Source of the DNA: Octopus bimaculoides
Taxonomy: Eukaryota
Direction: 5' to 3'
DNA length: 48,456 bases
Assembly: GCF_001194135.2 (NCBI RefSeq)
Contig: NC_068986.1
Span: 26,755,829 to 26,804,284, forward strand
In this document: piece after piece, positions 11,040-23,000 of the stretch
How positions within the stretch are numbered: position 1 is the stretch's first letter
Layout: each line of letters begins with the position of its first letter
Made by a program: the position numbers and the translations under genes
Notes under the pieces: generated by a model
The model's database searches: none
What the model saw: the letters and a program-made list of their open reading frames with translations, nothing else
Told to the model about the DNA's origin: nothing

Positions 11040-11990
11040 TCACACATACCAGCTGGACAAGTATACAACACTACTGCATTCAACATGAGGCATTTACAAA
11101 CACATGCAAGATAGTTATTAGGAAACCAAAAGATGCCAGTGCACAACCTGCAATTTCTCCTGCCTCCCAAATTGCAGCTGGGTTTTCTAGAATCATTTCA
11201 TTAAGGCCACTACTAACTTTTCAGAATTGTCCTACCTGTCGTTTCTGAACCATGATGGCTCTGCAAGAAGTCTTCTGATAAAGTTGCTACATATTTTACC
11301 AATTTTGCCTTCAACTTGACACACTGGTCTTCCCAAACCCTCCTTCATTCAATCTCTTTCATCCTCACATGTACATAGTCACCAAGTTGGAAAGTTCCAA
11401 TTACCCAACCCAATAATGTGATTGGTCTAAGAAAATCCCTTCTATTAACTTCAAACTGCCCCTTCTGTTAACTTCTAGAACTAGCACCTCCCTTACAAAA
11501 CTTTTCAATCTTCATCACACTACAAGAACCTATCCAAATCTATGAAAACATGCAATGCTGTATTTCATTTCCAAGAAAGGACTTCTTTGATTTTTCATCA
11601 CAAAGGTAAACAATTATTACTTCATTATCATTAGTTCCAAACCATTAAAATCACTGCCAATGTCAGGGCACACAATCTCTGCTGGTGATTTTTACATTTA
11701 AACACTGCCAAAACTACATCTGTAACACTAAGATTCTTTACCACAGCTAGAAAATTAGCTCCAATCAGTTGCTAGCTTTCTGTGAAGCTAATGTATACCT
11801 CACACACCTGGTGGTGCTGTTGCTATATGCACACAGAAATTTTCTCAACACATCTATAAAACTAACCACTCTAACCACTATGTCATAAATACACTGCTGC
11901 TTCAACCACTGGTAATAGTCTTTGTCTCTCTGAACTAGATGGTAACATAGGCCTTCCATCAAACATTTCCCCTTCTCCCACTACTCCTAC
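11040..11990 (+). mobile_element. Decayed LINE fragment, same family as 8400-10260 but opposite orientation
   Basis: 11090-11320 aligns to the reverse complement of 9470-9700 (e.g. tgcaagatag...caaaagatg and ctactaactt...cctacctgt). Confidence 0.55.
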
Positions 11991-12223
11991 TTTGCCATTG
12001 CTTAAACTGCACACAAACTATTTGCTTGTCTTACAACTAATTAATAACCAAGACCTAATCTTCAGCAGTTAAATATATACATGAACAGGCATATATAACA
12101 TTAACAAACTGGTTTCTATATATTTTTAATAAGACACCATGGTACAACAAATATATTTTGGCCAAAGCCACTTCCCTTAATTTGTGCAAATATATCGTTG
12201 TAAAATAGAAATTAGAAACTTAC

Positions 12224-12311
12224 ATAAAAAACTGAGATCCATTTGTATCTTTTCCACGATTAGCCATAGAAAGAAGATATTTCTGATCATGTTTCAGGAT
12301 AAAATTCTCAT
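12224..12311 (-). CDS. PPIG: PPIG-like coding exon 5 ([29 protein letters not shown])
   Basis: 88 nt; ttttcag acceptor, AT|gtaagt donor; SMAN.G..TNGSQFF motif. Confidence 0.96.
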
Positions 12312-12539
12312 CTGAAAATAATAATAAATATAAAAAAAACCCATTCACTTTGACTTGATTATATTTCAATTATTTTTCACATGTGCTCACTCACACACAC
12401 AAAAAAAAAAATGAAAATAAAAGCAAAAATTTTAAAGCTTTTAAAATTATATATATATATATATTAGTTAGTCAGGCACACCTACCAGGCCAATGCAAGC
12501 CATATTAAATCACCAAACTACATACCAGCAAATACGTAC

Positions 12540-12584
12540 CAGGAAACACTCCTCCATATATAGATTCTCCACCAGTACCATCAC
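12540..12584 (-). CDS. PPIG: PPIG-like coding exon 4 (DGTGGESIYGGVFP-D)
   Basis: 45 nt; ttgtttag acceptor, G|gtacgt donor; GTGGESIYG motif. Confidence 0.95.
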
Positions 12585-12742
12585 CTAAACAAAAAGTTAA
12601 CAGATTTTTAGGAACTTAACACCACCATTTTTATTTATTCATATTTAACTCCTTCGTAAAATAGCTGTTATAAACTGCTAAATTTATATTAACACAAAGA
12701 TGGCCATTTTATATAAGTGTCTAATTTAAATTTGTTCAAATT

Positions 12743-13020
12743 TCATCATCATTTAGCACCTGTTTTCCATGCTTGCATAGGTTACATGGCTTAACTGGAA
12801 CTGGTAAGCCAGAGAGCTGCACCAGGCTCCAATCTGTTTTGGCGTGGTTTCTATGGTTGGATGCTCTTTCTAACACCAACCACTCTACAGAGTGTACTGG
12901 GCATCTTTTACACGTCACCGGCACGGATGCCCCTTATGTCTCACCAACACAGGTGCCCCTTACGTGTCACCCGCATGGGTATCCCTTACGTGTCACCGGC
13001 ACAGGTGCCTCTTATGTGTT
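12743..13020 (-). mobile_element. RTE 3' tail copy with 26-nt tandem array
   Basis: (cat)n/tttccatgc start; four 26-nt units beginning tta at 12908, 12934, 12960, 12986 plus a partial unit at 13012. Confidence 0.8.
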
Positions 13021-13166
13021 TTGATAAAATAAATAATGTTCTTTTTTTCCATCTACCACTCACAAAATTATTACCAATAAATCTGCTAGTAATACATCAG
13101 CTATTGCATGGGATTTTGTTGCTGCTTAGTCCCATGTTAGCCTTGATCAAGCAGAACCATGATTAA

Positions 13167-13320
13167 CCCTTTAGCAATTAAAATGGCCATATCTGGCCCA
13201 AATATTCTGTCTGACATTCAAAACAGCCAGATGCAGCCTCTCCCTCCTACCCTACCATGTCATTCTAAAAACCAACAATCTCACCATCAAAATCTTGAAT
13301 CTATGAGATAATGCAGGATT
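13167..13320. mobile_element. Truncated piggyBac-like MITE
   Basis: TTAA|ccctttagc...atggccatatctggcccaaatattct; reverse-complement homolog of 511-741. Confidence 0.65.
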
Positions 13321-13347
13321 AATTCAAAATAATGTGAATAAATAGAA

Positions 13348-13646
13348 GGTGCTGCGTAAAAAGTACTAGTGCCACGTAAAAAGCACTGGCGCTGCATAAA
13401 AACACTGGTGCCACGTAAAAAGCACTGGTGCCACGCAAAAAGCACTGTTGCCACGTTAAAAAAAATGGTGTAAGTGCCAGATAAAAAGCAACCGATATAC
13501 TCTGTAAAGTGGTTAGTGTTGAAAGGGCATCCAGCCTTAGAAATGATGCCAAAACAGACAATGGAGCCTGGTGTGGTTCCTGGCCTTATGAGCACTTGTC
13601 AAACTGTCCAAACCATGCCAGCATGGAAAACAGACATTAGATGATG
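13348..13646 (+). mobile_element. RTE 3' tail copy with 20-nt tandem array
   Basis: About six units of ggtgccacgtaaaaagcact (13348-13470), then the tail ending gcatggaaaacagacattagatgatg. Confidence 0.8.
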
Positions 13647-14088
13647 TACACATTTATATAATAAATGCATTAAAAAATAAGCTTCTTCAGCAATGGAAAA
13701 TTCATTATAAAGACATCTTGAACCCTAAAAGTTGCTGATATTTAGGAATTTTACAGTCTAATCCTAATTCTAATTACTAAAACGAAAGTATTTTCACAAA
13801 AGTAATGAAAGAATTACAATAAGTAAACCACAGAAATTCTAAAATTTATATTCATTTCCAAAAGTGATATTATGTAAAATATAAATAAGAAAATGAGAGT
13901 GACAATTTTTCTCTCCAAGTATTAATGGTTACTATAAAAATATTACATATTTTCATGTATTGCAAAAATTCAATGCTTAATAAAATAATTAGTTTAGATC
14001 AAAAGCTAACAACATAGAGTGAGTTTCACAAACAATTAGTGTAAGCTGAAAACAAATTTATGGTGAACATGGTGAAACGTTTTCTTAC

Positions 14089-14196
14089 CTTTTGTGAAGT
14101 CACCTCCCTGTATCATAAAATCTTTAACAACTCGGTGGAAAAGGATTCCTTTATAATGAAGAGGTTTTCCAGTCTTCTGCCCTAAACCCTTTTCCC
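14089..14196 (-). CDS. PPIG: PPIG-like coding exon 3 ([36 protein letters not shown])
   Basis: 108 nt; tttttcag acceptor, AAG|gtaaga donor; carries the R55/F60/M61/Q63 equivalents (CypA numbering). Confidence 0.96.
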
Positions 14197-14653
14197 CTGA
14201 AAAATAATAAAGTTAATTAATTACTGAAAACACCACATATGTTTAATATTTTATAATATTGTGTTGTGAAATAAATTTAATCAGTTTTTCTTTCGTTTAT
14301 TTTTATCTTTTCCAATGTTATTTGAATTAATGTGAAAAATAATCTTACTGTATGTAGTGTTTTTATGGTTCTTTTTGAATCTCCATTCTTCCTTTATTTT
14401 TTTTTGTTATTTTTGAAATTGAAATAAATTTTACCTCTTTTCAGACATATGATGATGGAGAGTTATTCAAAATAGAATGAATTTATCTGGCAACCCAATA
14501 CAATAACTACACTAGAAACGAAATGATTAAAACACACAAACAAAATGAATGACAATGGACTCTTTAGAAGTACAAGACAATAAACAATTCTATGAACGTG
14601 TAATGAACATTGATAATGAAATAACATGGAAAGCAAAAAAAAGAAACAATTAC

Positions 14654-14728
14654 CTGTACAGAGGGCTCTAAAGTTTTCACATGTCTTGGGACAGATGTCA
14701 GAAAAAAGCTCCACCACGATGCGACCCA
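14654..14728 (-). CDS. PPIG: PPIG-like coding exon 2 ([25 protein letters not shown])
   Basis: 75 nt; ttttgcag acceptor, G|gtaatt donor; canonical cyclophilin motif. Confidence 0.95.
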
Positions 14729-15316
14729 CTGCAAAATAAAAATTTCCATTCCTCAATTTCTTTTTTACTTCTCATTAAATAAGTCACAAAACAAACATTA
14801 AACCACAAGTGTATATAGTTAAACTACAATTTAAATCAGTTTCTATCCTCCTATTTGAACTAAAACCTTTGTCTCCTATTGCCAATATAAAGACACAGTT
14901 TGCAATTATGAATAGATGTATATCACCATTTGCTAAAAATAATGTCTTGTAACAGACAATAACAACATTTGCCTTTTTATGATTTTGTGAGAAGCTAACA
15001 TAGTCAGATATAGGAGATCCTGGAGAGTTTCAACCCTAAGAGAGCAAGAAGTGAATGGAATGATATCAATTCTTATAACATCGTGTTATGTAGGAGTAAA
15101 CTCAAAGATTTGAGAAAACATCTTGCAAACATACACAAAATATTTTCTTGTTAATGAATATTGATAAAACTTTTTGTACGCTGAGGCCAATATAGACACA
15201 CTAAATTTATCCTTTTGCTTTATCTTCTCTCATTCTGCAAATAGCCATACTTCAGATAGTACATATTATGTTACAAAGCAGCAAGCAGAAAAAAAAACAC
15301 TACAAAGCTTGCAATA

Positions 15317-15319
<3 letters not shown>

Positions 15320-15359
<40 letters not shown>

Positions 15360-15372
15360 CACACACACACAC
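15320..15372. repeat. (TA)n-(CA)n microsatellite
   Basis: Direct reading; a second (CA)n run at about 15577-15601. Confidence 0.9.
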
Positions 15373-16433
15373 GATATTCTCGGGTACAAAGACATATTGA
15401 TGCCCCAGTATTAGCACACACACATAAATACCACACATTATTAGTCTACTTATTACGCAGACTATTATGTATGCTGCTGGCACATTACTCCCACTTCTTT
15501 CAGTCTGCCAAACTAAAATTTAAGTGCAATACTCTATTCACAGCTGAGTAGATAGTGTTAGAAAACGGTTTCAATACACACACACACACACACACACACA
15601 CGTATGTATATATGTGTGTATATAAACACACATGCATGCATATGAGTGTAGAATTTGCAAAACATAAACAACCCTAGTTGTGGAAACATGAAAAAAAAAT
15701 TGTTGTTATATGTACTGTATACATACATACACATCTGCAAAGACCATATGTGGATTAAAGTGGTTCACACAGTATTATACAAACATCATTCACCAGTATG
15801 GAATTAACATTAGAAAAAAAAATGGTGGTGTAATTAAAACGGTTTTTTTGTAATAATTTCCTACCATTATTTTTTTTTTTTGTTATCTTTAATATATCAA
15901 GTTTCTTGCACTTTACATTTGACACTCAAAAGTTATTGTTTAGAAAATGCTTGTACTTACACATGTAAACATACAAATACATGCACAAACAGAGGCACAA
16001 ACCCTACGGGGACATTTAAATATCTGTTTTCAAGATATACCTTCATATAAGTAATAAGGATCAAACTTATAGTCCAAGAGTACAATGTTATGTAGCAAGT
16101 AAATTGCCAAGTGATTCACATATTAATCTGCTCTCTTGCATTCTTACTAATAGAATTACTATTCTAAAAAATTAGAGTGGCAGATATAAAACATCAACTA
16201 TCATCACCATTTTGGCCCCTGGGTAACTATAGCAAAGTTCACTCTGTTGCAATTATTTGGGCCACAACCCCAATTGGAAGATATCATCCTTCCCCACAGA
16301 AGTCTCAAAAACCCTGAAAAAGGAGCCATGTGTGCTTCTCCACTTCATCTGACAAAACGATAAAAAAAAAAAAATTTTTTAAAAAGGATTTATTTCCCAA
16401 CTTTTAGTAATGCTTGACCTTCTCGAGATTTAA

Positions 16434-16655
16434 CCTTTTTGACACCAACCTGGCTGAAACCGGCTCTGGCTCTGAAGTACAAATGTCTTGTTTTCATAAG
16501 TTCTGAATTAAAATCTTCCACCAAACCTTAGTCACAATTTATGTTCCTAACATTAGCTTAATGATAACTAAGTGATTTTACAAAATTCTTTGTTATATTT
16601 AAACTTAATTGAAAGAAACACAGAGCATCTTAACAGAAATATGGTAACAAAAGGG
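16434..16655. mobile_element. piggyBac-like MITE, second family (TTAA TSD)
   Basis: TTAA|cctttttg ... caaaaggg|TTAA. Confidence 0.7.
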
Positions 16656-17029
16656 TTAATTAACACAAATTATATTTTATGGCCATGATGAGGAGACAGA
16701 ACTGTTAGAAGTGCAAAAAAAAAAAAGCGCACTTTTCAGTTACATCCTGTATGTTATTACTTCAAATCTTGCTGAGATTAACTTTCCTTTCCATCCTTGC
16801 CAAGTACTAGCATCAATGTAATCAACTATGCATTCTCTTCCCCAACCCTTATGCCAATGTATATTTGAAAAGAAACCTTTACATATCTTCTCTTATTACT
16901 ACTTTATTTTCTTATTTTCCTTTACAATTTCTTTCATCCATTTTGGTCCATTTTAAAAATATTCTTTGCTAAATACTGAATAAATTGAATAATAATACAC
17001 AGAAACAATCTGAAGCTGGTGCCAATCCC

Positions 17030-18300
17030 TGGAATGGGATGGAAGAATTTTTATCACCATCATCATTTTACCCCCATCCCAATGCCAGCATGGACTGGAT
17101 AGGTCATCTCCAGCACAGTGCCACTCTTTTCATTTTCGATTTGGTTGTTCCGATTCATGCAGGTACAGTGCCTCACACTCTGGAACACCTCAAACCTCTC
17201 ATCAACATAACACATCTTGTAATTTCAATTTCTCTCCTTGTTATCATCCATTAATGGAAGCTTATCAATTCCCTTTTTTCATATCACAGGCATCACATAA
17301 TGCTCCCAAAAAGTTACATATAGTAGAGGGATCTTTCAGCTTCCATACCTTCCTTCCTTTGTTTGTCTTTGAGTCTGTTCAGCCCTTATCCTGAGGTCAT
17401 TAATCTATGTTGAATAGTACATTCTTCAGCAGAGAAAGACATAATATTCACAAAACACTGTCTATCTTATGCCTGGTGAGTATAAAGTCCACTTGGCTCA
17501 CATGCTCAAGTGATCAATGGCTGCCTGGATTCATGACAATTGTGTTGCAAATAATTAAGATATTTGCTTCACAGGACTCCATGAGCCTTGATCTCTTTTC
17601 ATTCCTTGTACCTGGCCTCCACATATAGCAGAGTATGTTATTACCCAACATGTTTATTGAAGTCACTAACCCTTGTAACAAGATTGATGCCATCTGTTAC
17701 TGAGGTAGTCTTAGAAGAGGGCCACACAGAAATGCACTTTTTACTCGTCTGTCATTCCTGATAGTGGAACATGCACAAAATCACCGTCACTGTCGTGTCA
17801 TCTGTGATAGGCCTAAATTTAATTATTCTGTCACATATTCTTTAACTACCACAATTTCTCTATCATCAGATGCCTACTCTACCTACTCCAGTGCTGTTAT
17901 CTACACAAAAGAATTTGCATCACCAGTGTTCTTTGCCCATCAGAAGAACTCTTAACACTGGTTCCCTTTCATTTCCCCCTTTTTTTATATACTTTGTCAT
18001 CATAGCACACATTTAATTGCATGTACTCTAATATTTCTGCAATCTTTCCAGAAATCCTTTCATCACACCAATATTAACATTGGCAGCCTTCAAGTTTTGC
18101 ATCTGAAAGGAATAAATGTTTCCAGTGGTGGTGGACATGTAAATCGCTTGACATCTGTCTTTCTGTATCTGAAAGATGACTATAAACCAATCTACCTATC
18201 ACCATCGCTAATAAAAACTCTTCCATTTCTTTCAAGCACAAGTCTTTAAGGCTGGCACTATTAACATTGGTTAACAGACTTATCTTTTAACAATATGGCA
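17030..18300 (-). mobile_element. Very decayed LINE (probably RTE) debris
   Basis: Short stretches resemble the RTE at 35700-36300; no usable ORF; boundaries uncertain. Confidence 0.3.
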
Positions 18301-18557
18301 TAAAGAAAGATAAGTCTGGAGATATTTTGGAGATGGTAGAGCAGAGGCAAGTACATGCATCAATCTTTTTTAAGAAATTTCTATTGGTTTCTAATTTATT
18401 GTGAAATTATCTTCATATAAAGTATTATTCTGGATGATTTTAATAGCATGAGCCTAAAAGGCACTGGTATTGAGTTCATGGCACCAAACTATTTAGGAAC
18501 CACTAGTTCAAACTTTACAAGAGTGCTGAATAAATTGTCTTTTAAATTTCTACAATT

Positions 18558-18700
18558 ATCATCATCATCATCTTTAAACATCCATGTTCCATGCAGGCAC
18601 GAGATGGATGGTTTGACAGGATTTGATGGGTCCAAGAACTACATCATACAGGCACTGGAGCACAATGATGGCAAAGCTATGTAAATGTTAACATTCACTC
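18558..18700 (-). mobile_element. Short RTE-type 3' tail
   Basis: (atc)n then catccatgttccatgcaggcacgagatggatggtttgac. Confidence 0.55.
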
Positions 18701-19039
18701 AGTTTCCCAGTCTAACATTAGTTATGTTTTTTGAGTAAAAAAAAAAAAAGCACTGTTTTTGTTGTGTGATCAAAGACTATGGCAAGTACTGTATAGTAGA
18801 GCTAAGTCCCTAAGGAGCTGAGCCCATGACCCAGTTTAGATTCCCAGTCATACCACTTCACTTCCTCTATGCCGATATATTTCTCAGAAAGACACAATCA
18901 TTACAACTTCCCATTTCTAAACTGATATAAATTTCATGTGTAAAAAATTAGTGTAAATGAAAATCAGTGCAATATCAATTTACCAATTAAATAATTATCA
19001 AAAATAAGTCAAAAGTTTTGATTTAGTGTTACTTTAAAC

Positions 19040-19462
19040 CAGAGGTTCTCAACGTAAGCGGTACTGCCCTCAAATGGGCATATCAAAGAGGGTGTTAGGC
19101 TTCAGGGGGTGGTGACAAGGTGGTGAGGTAACATAATTAACATACTGAATTTTACCTATAGAAGTAATTATATTATATATGATAAAACTAGTAATGGTTA
19201 TTAAAATAAAATGATCCCATCAGGCACAAGGAAGTCATTAACTAGCAATGCATAAAGTAAATTTTTGTCTTCATTAATTTATCATTTCACTGTTTAAAAG
19301 CTTATACAATCCATTTTAAATGTAAAATTTATAAATTATCATCCATGTTAAGTTAGTTAGTCATGATGCTTCACTCACCACTTAGGTGGGCGCTTAGCAT
19401 AACAACTACATAAAAGGGGATGGAGAGGGGTACTACAAAAAGAAAAGGGTTAAGAACCACCG
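19040..19462. mobile_element. hAT (Charlie-like) MITE
   Basis: cagaggttctcaac ... gttaagaaccaccg; flanks ctttaaac / ctctaaac (7 of 8 match). Confidence 0.75.
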
Positions 19463-19838
19463 CTCTAAACAGTATTTAGAATAATAAACAATCTATAGTT
19501 CTTCAAACAAATAACATATCTAACCTGAATTATTTAAAGTCATTGAAGGATTTATTTCATTTTAAGTCATTAGATTAATAATAAAAAAGAGAAAGAGATG
19601 AAGGATTGCAGAACTGGTACAAAAGGGACTTCAGTGTCATATAGTTCCAAGAGAAAATTTTACCCATATGAACTATGAAAAGAAAATCTAATTTACCTGT
19701 TTTGTTTTAATCTGTAAAAATCCATAAAGGCCAGTAATTAAAGTGACTAAGTAGACTTTGTTGTTGAATATTAAAATTTAGTCAAAGTAATAAAATGTTG
19801 AGGGAGAACTATCTACACTCCTATATTTTAATGCTTAA

Positions 19839-20056
19839 CCCTTTAATGTTCAGATTACACTGCTAAATGTAATGCTTTTTCACTCAAATTGTTTTGAATT
19901 AATCATGCCTTATCTTATAGCTTTGAGGTTTCAATGATGTGATTATTTATTTTTAGAATGTCAATGTAGGTTAGGTGTAATAGGCTAGATATGGCTAGTT
20001 CAAATATAAAACGTAGAATATTTGGGCCAGATATGGTCGGTTTAAACACTAAAGGG
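19839..20056. mobile_element. piggyBac-like MITE (TTAA TSD)
   Basis: TTAA|cccttt ... aaaggg|TTAA; homolog of 511-741. Confidence 0.8.
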
Positions 20057-20785
20057 TTAATTGTGATGATGGTGTCAATAACAAAAATAATGATGATCAT
20101 TAGAGAATAAAACTAGCCACTTTCTAGAATACTATAAGTATACTATTGCTCCAGCAGCAAAAGATTAAATCACATTTGCAGCTTCAGAATTTCCTTTGTG
20201 ATTCTATAGCTCTTATGTCATGATATTGTACTATCCTATTTAGTTTCTGTAAGGATTAACATGATTTAGAAGTGTTGGCAGTATGGAAAGCATTGAAGAT
20301 TGAATATTGACAGTAGTAAGAGAAATTCACAATGTTTACTTGTCATAAACATTAATACAGGAGATCATACAATCAAGTAGCAACCCTACAGGAAATGGTA
20401 TAATTAGTAATAATGTCAGTTCATGATGAGCAGAATTGCTTGAAGATGGATAATTAATTAGAAGGTAAGTGATTGAAATTATGCTGAGCTTTTTCATCTT
20501 CGTGTTTTAATTTAGGCTGTGCTCTTGTCAGCAGGAATGCATATGCAGGAAATTTCATTATATTGTTCAGGTAATGAAGCACATGTCCAACCTCATGAAA
20601 AAGATTTACTGCAACTTAATTATCAGCCCAGTAATTTCTCAGCTGTAGATAACCTGCATACACCAGAGAAACAGTGGTGGTTGAAAAGAACTTTTGGCAA
20701 ACACTCATCAAATTTCCTATTCATGAACTGTAAACTTTTAATGCAGATTCGATTGGCTGCAGAATTCTTACTGCTGCACTATTAA

Positions 20786-21155
20786 AGGCATCACTTGTAC
20801 CAATAAGTGACCTGAATCTCAGCTGGAAAAGATTACACAAATAGGATTCTATCAATCAAATCAAAGCCTTTTTATGTTTCAGGAGGAGATCAATCGAAAA
20901 ACAATGCTATAGGAAGGACTTTCAATTTTCTTGCAACAAAGCCAATTTAATCAAACCTTTAATTGAATGAATTCTGGTCCATTGTCTGAGACTGTAAGTC
21001 AATGGAATGCCAAGTTTAGAGAAAATGAGAAATAAACATTTCCTTGTTTTTCAATTGATCTGGAATATAAAAAGGCTTTGATTTAAGTGATAGAATCGTA
21101 TCTATGTAATCTTTCCAGCTGAGATTCAGACCACTTATTAGTACAAGTGATGCCT
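20786..21155. mobile_element. Kolobok-like MITE with about 100-bp TIRs
   Basis: TTAA|aggcatcacttgtac ... gtacaagtgatgcct|TTAA; arms about 20786-20880 and 21060-21155. A TTAA TSD with AG..CT termini is the Kolobok pattern. Confidence 0.75.
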
Positions 21156-21479
21156 TTAAATTTGATTTTAGAGCACATTTCACAAATTATTCATTATCTC
21201 TATTATCAAGATTAGACCTCCAAACACAATCCCTTGCTTTCTTTAATGTTTGTTATACATCCAAATGTGTGATAAGTTGTGAAAAGAACTTTTGCATAAA
21301 GTTCAGGAATAATAATAATCTTATTTAAGATAAGATCATCATCTACAATCATTTCAGAAGAATGTCTGACAAACTGACATTCTAAAAGGAGTTGGTCTAC
21401 ACTAGTTTTTTCCAGTAATGTGATTCTTTAAGTGAATATGAAGGTTATATGTGTTAAAATAAAAGCTGATAACTTCAAC

Positions 21480-22060
21480 TGTCTGGACATCAGCAAAAAT
21501 AAACTGAAGGTCAGGTGAGATTATAGAGATGCTGGACCAGAGGTGAGGTAGGTAGATGTGTGTTGTGTACAAGAGACAAGATGGAAGGGAGCCTCAGCTA
21601 GACTCCTCACAGGCAAAGAGCATAGGTATAAATTCTTGTGGGATCAGTAATGGAGGTATATTATTAGAAGAGAGTTGAATAGATAAGGTAACTGAGGAAG
21701 ATAGAATGTGCAATAGATTAATTAAGCTTAAGCTAATCAGGACAACATGACAGAATGAGATGAAAGTTGCTGTCATGACAATTTGATATTAACTTTCATC
21801 AAGGCTGGCAGATGAAGAGAAATCCTGTGTTTATGATCCTGCAGATTAGCAGACGGTAGTTTTAGAACACATATGAGGCAACACCATGTTAGCTTCTCCT
21901 GCTTACATGGAAGAGATCAATATGGTATAAAGAATGAGGAGAGATCAAGGCTCCTGGAGCAGCCTGATCACCTACCAATTAGGTGAACACACAAGACAGA
22001 AGGACTTCAAGTTCCCAAGGAAATGATGAGACAGACAGATGGTTGCAAATATCAGGTCAT
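21480..22060 (-). mobile_element. Decayed LINE endonuclease-region fragment
   Basis: Reverse strand reads HGVASYV (like the APE GGVA.YV motif); otherwise eroded. Confidence 0.3.
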
Positions 22061-22469
22061 TAAGAATGAAATGTCCGATTTTGAACTAAAAGTTTATTTT
22101 ACTTTATCTCAACAAAAAACAATGCAGTTAATCAATGTATGCACCTAAATTATCAACACAATTTTGCCATTTTATCAGTAGCTTATTTATGCCAGCAGAC
22201 ATTAAACGATAATGAAGAATGAAAATGCAATTGTCTTGTAGTGATAATATGACAACTCACTCAGCAGTCTACTATGAAGTTAGCCCGAAAACATCAAGAG
22301 CCTTTGAAAAAATGAATTACAACTAATGACCAGCATCAAGCTTGAAGGATTTTTTTTTCAGTACTTCCTATCACATAACAAGTTTCACATTTAATATCAT
22401 TCCAGTTTCTCTAAATACTATAGTATGGAACATGAACATTAAATGATGATGATAATGAAAATAGACAAA

Positions 22470-23000
22470 CATATCCAGGGCTTTCCATTATGAGATGTTC
22501 TAGCTTTGGCATATTCAGAAACATCAATAAAAGTTGTTTCACATTCGGTAGAGAATGTTTCCAAAATAAGGTATTGTGTAAGAAGTTCTTTTGTTTAACA
22601 TTAATGCATATTCTTTAAGCATTCCTCATATAAAGACAGTTCCTTTTACCACAAGAAGTTCCACTAGGTCTACAAATTCTGATACAAACCAGCAATAGTA
22701 GCTATAAACTCCAAATACTTTTCAATTTCATCTTTTGATTTAGGAACAGTAATCTGCTGGATTTTGTCTATCAGCCAATGTGGTTTGATCCAATATTTTG
22801 AAATATTTATTTCAAGGAAATCAACGGAAGATGCATGATTAATGTGTTTATTCTGGTTAATCAATACATTGGCTCCTTTCAATCTAAAAACAACTGAATT
22901 TTCTCGTTTCTTCAGTTTATTCTAAGTCACTGCAAAGTATGTAATCCTGATAATCAATTCGTTTCAATATAGACTCCTTGCAATGTTGGAAATGGAGCGA
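22470..23000 (-). mobile_element. Ty3/gypsy pol remnant (RT C-terminus/RNase H connector)
   Basis: ORF 22670-22882 SVDFLEINISKYWIKP...IDKIQQITVPKSKDEIEKYLEF matches the gypsy pattern V.FLG..IS..GI.P...I..I...P.PK...E...FLG. Confidence 0.6.

Noticed and set aside
13348-13470. CRISPR-like repeat array
   Set aside because: Contiguous 20-nt tandem units with no unique spacers, inside a LINE tail in a eukaryotic intron.
20423-20487. Box C/D snoRNA-like ATGATGA...CTGA
   Set aside because: Antisense to the host intron, no terminal stem, no recognisable rRNA complement; such motifs occur by chance in AT-rich DNA.
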